Shown: piece after piece, positions 59,975-64,000 of the stretch
How positions within the stretch are numbered: position 1 is the first letter of the stretch
How the letters are laid out: each line of letters starts with the position of its first letter
Assembly (NCBI GenBank): GCA_001917905.1
Contig: MNEX01000110.1
Span: 526 to 64,525, forward strand
From: Acidobacteria bacterium 13_1_40CM_65_14
Lineage (GTDB): Bacteria; Acidobacteriota; Vicinamibacteria; Vicinamibacterales; CAVVIG01
Reading direction: 5' to 3'
Length of the DNA: 64,000 nt
Made by a program: the position numbers and the translations under genes
Notes under the pieces: model-generated
The model's input: only the letters and a program-made list of their open reading frames with translations
The model's database searches: none
What the model was told of the DNA's origin: nothing

Positions 59975-62644
59975 ATGTCAGCGTCCGCGACGCCCGCGAT
60001 GCGCCAGTATCTGGACGCCAAGCAGCAGCATCGCGATGCCATCCTCTTGTTCCGGATGGGCGACTTCTACGAGATGTTCTACGAAGACGCGCTCGTGGCC
60101 GCGCGCGCACTCGAGCTGACACTCACGTCACGGTCGAAGGACGCCAACGGCGGCGGCATTCCGATGTGTGGCGTTCCGTTTCACGCCGTCGACGGCTACA
60201 TCGCGCGGCTCGTCAAGAAAGGGTTCCGCGTCGCCATCTGCGATCAGGTCGAGGATCCGCGCAAAGCGAAAGGGATCGTCAAGCGCGAGGTCGTCCGCGT
60301 CGTCTCGCCCGGCACGCTGACCGACACGAATTATCTCGACGCGCGCGAGCCCGCGTTTCTGATGTCGATCGTGACGACGGATGTCGCACGAACGCTTCAG
60401 CCGAGCGAACGCGCGCGAGGCCCTCAGCCGACGGTCGGGGTGGCTCTGCTCGATCTTTCCACGGGCGAATTCAGCGCCACGGAGTATTCCGGCGAGGATG
60501 GTCTGCAGGCGCTGGCGGACGAGCTCACGTTGCTGAAGCCCCGCGAGATCGTCGCGCCCAAGAGCGATACCGGCAGTACGGACGCCGTGTTGGCCTCGAT
60601 CGGCGTGAATGGGTTGCCGGTCACGCCGCTCGAGCCGTGGATGTTCGAGCTCGAGTCGGCGCGCCGCACGCTCCTCGATCAGTTACGCGCGGGCGGACTC
60701 GAAGGCTTCGGCCTCGATCGGCATCCGGCCGCCGTGGCCGCTGCCGGCGGTCTCGTGCACTACCTGCGCGAGAGCCAGAAGGTGGACCTCGCGCACGTCC
60801 GCTCGATCACCTATCGCCAGCGGGCCGATGCGCTGCTCATCGATCCGACGACGGTGAAGCATCTCGAGATCGTCGAAGGATCGGAGGGCGGGCGCGACGG
60901 GTCGCTGCTGGACCAGCTCGATCGCACGGTGACGTCGATCGGCAGCCGGATGCTGCGGTCGTGGCTGCTGCGACCGCTCGTCTCGCTCGAGCCGATTCGC
61001 GATCGCCTCGACGCGGTCGAGGAGCTCGCGTTTCGCACGACCGAGCGCGGCAAGTTTCGCGAGACGATCAAGACGGTTCAGGATCTCGAGCGCCTCGTCG
61101 CGCGCGCGGCGCTCGGGACGGCGGGCCCGCGCGATCTCGTCGGCCTGAAGCAGTCGCTCATGGTCGTGCCGCGTGTGCGCACGGTGCTGGCGGAGCTGCA
61201 GGCGCCGCTCGTGCGGTCGCTCGTCGCCCAGCTCGACGAGCTCGTCGACGTCCGCGATCGCATCGATGCCACGCTCATCGACGATCCGCCGGCACTCACC
61301 CGCGAAGGCGGATTCGCCCGCGACGGCGTCGACCGCGAGCTCGACGAGCTGCGGACGATCAGCCGCTCGGGCAAACAGATCATCGCGGAGATGGAGGCGC
61401 GCGAGCGCGCGCGCACCGGCATCCACTCGCTGAAGGTCCGCTACAACCGCGTGTTCGGCTATTACATAGAAGTTTCGAAATCGAACCTCCATGCGGTGCC
61501 GCTGGACTATCACCGCAAGCAGACGATTGCCGGCGGCGAGCGCTTCATCACGCCGGCGCTGAAGGAATACGAGGAGAAGGTGCTCGGCGCCGACGAGCGC
61601 ATCCTCGAGCGCGAGCTGGAGATTTTCGAGATCCTGCGAGCGGCCGTTGCCGAAGAGGCGCCGCGGATTCAGGCGACGGCGCGCGCGCTGGCGACGCTCG
61701 ACGTGCTCTCGACGCTGGCGGAAGACGCCGCGGTCAACAACTACATCAAGCCACAGGTCCACGACGGCGACGATCTGATCGCCGTCGATGCGCGGCATCC
61801 GGTGGTCGAGCGCCGGACATCAATCACGGGCGATGCGTTCGTCCCGAACGACATCTCGCTGAACGGCTCGTCGTGTCAGCTCGTGATTCTCACCGGGCCG
61901 AACATGGGCGGCAAGTCGACGTACCTGCGCCAGACGGCGCTGCTGTGCGTGATGGCGCAGGCGGGATCGTTCGTGCCGGCGCGCGAAGCGAAGCTGCCGA
62001 TCGTCGATCGCATGTTCGCGCGCGTGGGCGCGTCGGACAACATCGCCCGCGGCCACTCGACGTTCATGGTCGAGATGCAGGAGACGGCGAACATCCTGCA
62101 CTGCGCCACGTCGCGATCGCTGGTCGTGCTCGATGAGATCGGCCGCGGGACAGCGACCTTCGACGGCCTCAGCATCGCGTGGGCGGTGGCGGAGTTTCTG
62201 GCGACCAACGCGAAGATGCGGCCCAAGACGCTCTTCGCGACGCACTACCACGAGCTCACCGATCTCGCCGACGCGACGCCCGGCGTCGTCAACTTCCATG
62301 TCGCCGCGCGCGAGTGGAAGGACGACATCGTCTTCCTGCGCAAGATTGTGCCGGGGCGATCCGATCGCAGCTACGGCATTCAGGTCGCGCGGCTCGCGGG
62401 GCTGCCCCGCGCGGTCATCGATCGCGCGCGGGAGATTCTCGCCGCGCTCGAGCGCGACGAGCTCACGCGCGGCGGGCGGCCGTCGGTCAGCGGCACGCCG
62501 TCGGAGCCGCAGCGACAGCTCGGCTTGTTTCAGGCGGCGGCACCCGACGATCGCCTGCGCGAGCGCATCGCCGCGCTCGACGTCGATCGCATGACGCCAA
62601 TCGAAGCGCTCGCACTCCTCGCGGAGTTGAAGAAGGATTTATGA
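59975..62644 (+). CDS. mutS: DNA mismatch repair protein MutS
   Basis: The start MSASATPAMRQYLDAKQQHRDAILLFRMGDFYEMFYEDA (59975) is preferred over 59906. Walker A ILTGPNMGGKSTYLRQ, plus STFMVEMQE and VLDEIGRGT. Confidence 0.95.
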   Translation: MSASATPAMRQYLDAKQQHRDAILLFRMGDFYEMFYEDALVAARALELTLTSRSKDANGGGIPMCGVPFHAVDGYIARLVKKGFRVAICDQVEDPRKAKGIVKREVVRVVSPGTLTDTNYLDAREPAFLMSIVTTDVARTLQPSERARGPQPTVGVALLDLSTGEFSATEYSGEDGLQALADELTLLKPREIVAPKSDTGSTDAVLASIGVNGLPVTPLEPWMFELESARRTLLDQLRAGGLEGFGLDRHPAAVAAAGGLVHYLRESQKVDLAHVRSITYRQRADALLIDPTTVKHLEIVEGSEGGRDGSLLDQLDRTVTSIGSRMLRSWLLRPLVSLEPIRDRLDAVEELAFRTTERGKFRETIKTVQDLERLVARAALGTAGPRDLVGLKQSLMVVPRVRTVLAELQAPLVRSLVAQLDELVDVRDRIDATLIDDPPALTREGGFARDGVDRELDELRTISRSGKQIIAEMEARERARTGIHSLKVRYNRVFGYYIEVSKSNLHAVPLDYHRKQTIAGGERFITPALKEYEEKVLGADERILERELEIFEILRAAVAEEAPRIQATARALATLDVLSTLAEDAAVNNYIKPQVHDGDDLIAVDARHPVVERRTSITGDAFVPNDISLNGSSCQLVILTGPNMGGKSTYLRQTALLCVMAQAGSFVPAREAKLPIVDRMFARVGASDNIARGHSTFMVEMQETANILHCATSRSLVVLDEIGRGTATFDGLSIAWAVAEFLATNAKMRPKTLFATHYHELTDLADATPGVVNFHVAAREWKDDIVFLRKIVPGRSDRSYGIQVARLAGLPRAVIDRAREILAALERDELTRGGRPSVSGTPSEPQRQLGLFQAAAPDDRLRERIAALDVDRMTPIEALALLAELKKDL

Positions 62645-63999
62645 GCGCCGTCAACACGACCGGCACGCGCAAGCGAACGCTCGGCGACGTGGTTGCGTCG
62701 CTCCGCCAGCCGAAGGTGGCGGTGATGCTCGCGTTGGGCTTCTCGTCCGGTTTGCCGTTTTTTCTCAGCGGCAACACGCTTGGCTACTGGCTGCGCGACG
62801 AGGGGACGACGCTCGCGACGATTGGATTCCTGTCGTGGGTCGGGTTGGCGTACTCGCTCAAGTTCCTCTGGGCGCCGGTCATCGACCGGGTCGACGCGCC
62901 GGTGTTCGGTCGCCTCGGCCGCCGGCGCGGCTGGATGATTGTCAGCCAGCTCTTCGTCGCCGCCGGCCTCATCGCGCTCTCTGCGATTGGTCTGAAGGCC
63001 GGACTCGCGACGGTCGGCATCCTGGCTGTCGTCGTCGCGTTCTCCTCGTCCACGCAGGACATCGTGGTCGACGCGTGGCGGATCGAGGCGGCGGCCGACT
63101 CCGATGAGCTCGGGCTTCTCTCGGCGGCCTATCAACTCGGGTACCGATTCGCCATCATCGTGACCGACGCGCTGATTCTGATCGCGGCGAACCACTTCGG
63201 CTGGCGCATCTCGTACGCCGCGATGGCGGCGCTGATGGCGGTCGGCGTGAGCGCGAGCTTCGTGGCCATGGAGCCGCTGCGGGCAAACAAGGTCTTCGCA
63301 TCCCAAGCCGAAGCGCCGCTCTGGACCGCGCGCGGGTTTTTCGACGCCGTGATCGGTCCGTTCAGGGAATTCTTTCGCGTCTACGGCGCGCTCGCGCTGC
63401 TGATGCTCGCGATGATCAGCTTCTACCGATTGCCCGAGTTCATGATGGGTCCGATGGCGAACCCGTACTATCACGATCTGGGTCTGTCGAAGGATGCCGT
63501 CGGCGCCGTCAGGGCATCAATCGGTCTCGTCGCATCGCTCGTCGGCATTGCCGCCGGCGGCTTCAGCGCGCTGCGGTTCGGGTATTTCAAGACGCTGATT
63601 GCGGGCCTCATCATCCAGAGCCTGGTGATCGCCAACTTCGCCACGCTCGCGTACGTCGGTCCTGACATTCGGGTGTTCGGTGCGGTCATGGCTGCCGACA
63701 ACTTCGGGATCGGCTTCGCGGGCGTCGCGCTCGTCACCTACATGTCGAGCCTGACGAGCATCGGCTACACCGCGACGCAGTATGCGCTCCTCAGCTCGAC
63801 GTACACCTACGTCGGCAAGCTCTCGAAGGGTTTCTCGGGCGTGATGGTCGAGCGGCTGGCGGCCGGGCGAACGCTCCTCGACGGGTACGCGCTCTTTTTC
63901 ATCGGCTGCGGTCTCCTTGGTGTCCCCGCGCTCATTCTCTGCATCGTCCTCGCGCGTGCGACGCGTCAGCCGGAGCGCGCGCCTGCTGAGACCCGCTGA
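62641..63999 (+). CDS. ampG: AmpG-family muropeptide MFS permease
   Basis: The ATG overlaps the mutS stop (ATGA). LALGFSSGLPFFLSGNTLGYWLRDEG and LKFLWAPVIDR are AmpG-typical. Confidence 0.8.
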   Translation: MSAVNTTGTRKRTLGDVVASLRQPKVAVMLALGFSSGLPFFLSGNTLGYWLRDEGTTLATIGFLSWVGLAYSLKFLWAPVIDRVDAPVFGRLGRRRGWMIVSQLFVAAGLIALSAIGLKAGLATVGILAVVVAFSSSTQDIVVDAWRIEAAADSDELGLLSAAYQLGYRFAIIVTDALILIAANHFGWRISYAAMAALMAVGVSASFVAMEPLRANKVFASQAEAPLWTARGFFDAVIGPFREFFRVYGALALLMLAMISFYRLPEFMMGPMANPYYHDLGLSKDAVGAVRASIGLVASLVGIAAGGFSALRFGYFKTLIAGLIIQSLVIANFATLAYVGPDIRVFGAVMAADNFGIGFAGVALVTYMSSLTSIGYTATQYALLSSTYTYVGKLSKGFSGVMVERLAAGRTLLDGYALFFIGCGLLGVPALILCIVLARATRQPERAPAETR

Positions 64000-64000
64000 C

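Overview
This is a high-GC (roughly two-thirds G+C by eye) chromosomal segment from a diderm bacterium. The gene content and operon layout look Acidobacteria-like (fused lptF-lptG, giant LptC/LptA protein, rpoN-hpf-hprK-rapZ-PTS string, tol-pal cluster), but that placement is inference only.

I call about 54 protein genes, nearly all housekeeping:
- an amino-sugar/peptidoglycan recycling cluster: two SSS symporters, a beta-lactamase-fold hydrolase, a BadF-type sugar kinase, nagB, murQ, and ampG at the far end
- xerD, metK, a PHP-domain protein, lptFG, a GH57 glycosidase, parAB, miaB, recN
- tolQ-tolR-tolA-tolB-pal-cpoB and ssb
- ptsI-HPr-EIIA-rapZ-hprK-hpf-rpoN-lptB-lptC/A
- recJ, accA, dnaE, guaA, a BamB-like propeller, a very large NtrY-like histidine kinase, a cytochrome c-PQQ propeller, pssA-psd, rimI-tsaB and mutS

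I recognised no rRNA, tRNA, CRISPR array, IS element or prophage.

The unusual signal is mostly non-coding:
1. About 13 hairpins have arms made of tandem 7-8 nt units, and the unit sequence differs at almost every locus. One of them carries a GxxExxY nuclease-like ORF in its loop.
2. An 80-110 nt dispersed element (AGCGCCTGCGGCC...GCGAGCGGGGGTGGGGCCCCGCGAGCATAAAAA) always sits in sense orientation just 5' of a start codon. Several copies are read through as protein tails or linkers.
3. An 88-129 nt conserved leader is shared by the kinase-nagB operon and guaA.
4. Short GTCCGGC-TTCG-GCCGGAC-type hairpins recur at four sites.
5. A low-GC three-ORF islet is wedged between guaA and dnaE.
6. Four conserved genes (GH57, guaA, a threonine-dehydratase-like gene, an aminotransferase) are broken by frameshifts or internal deletions. 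This is either real decay or assembly error.

All functional names come from motif recognition in the translations. No database search was run.
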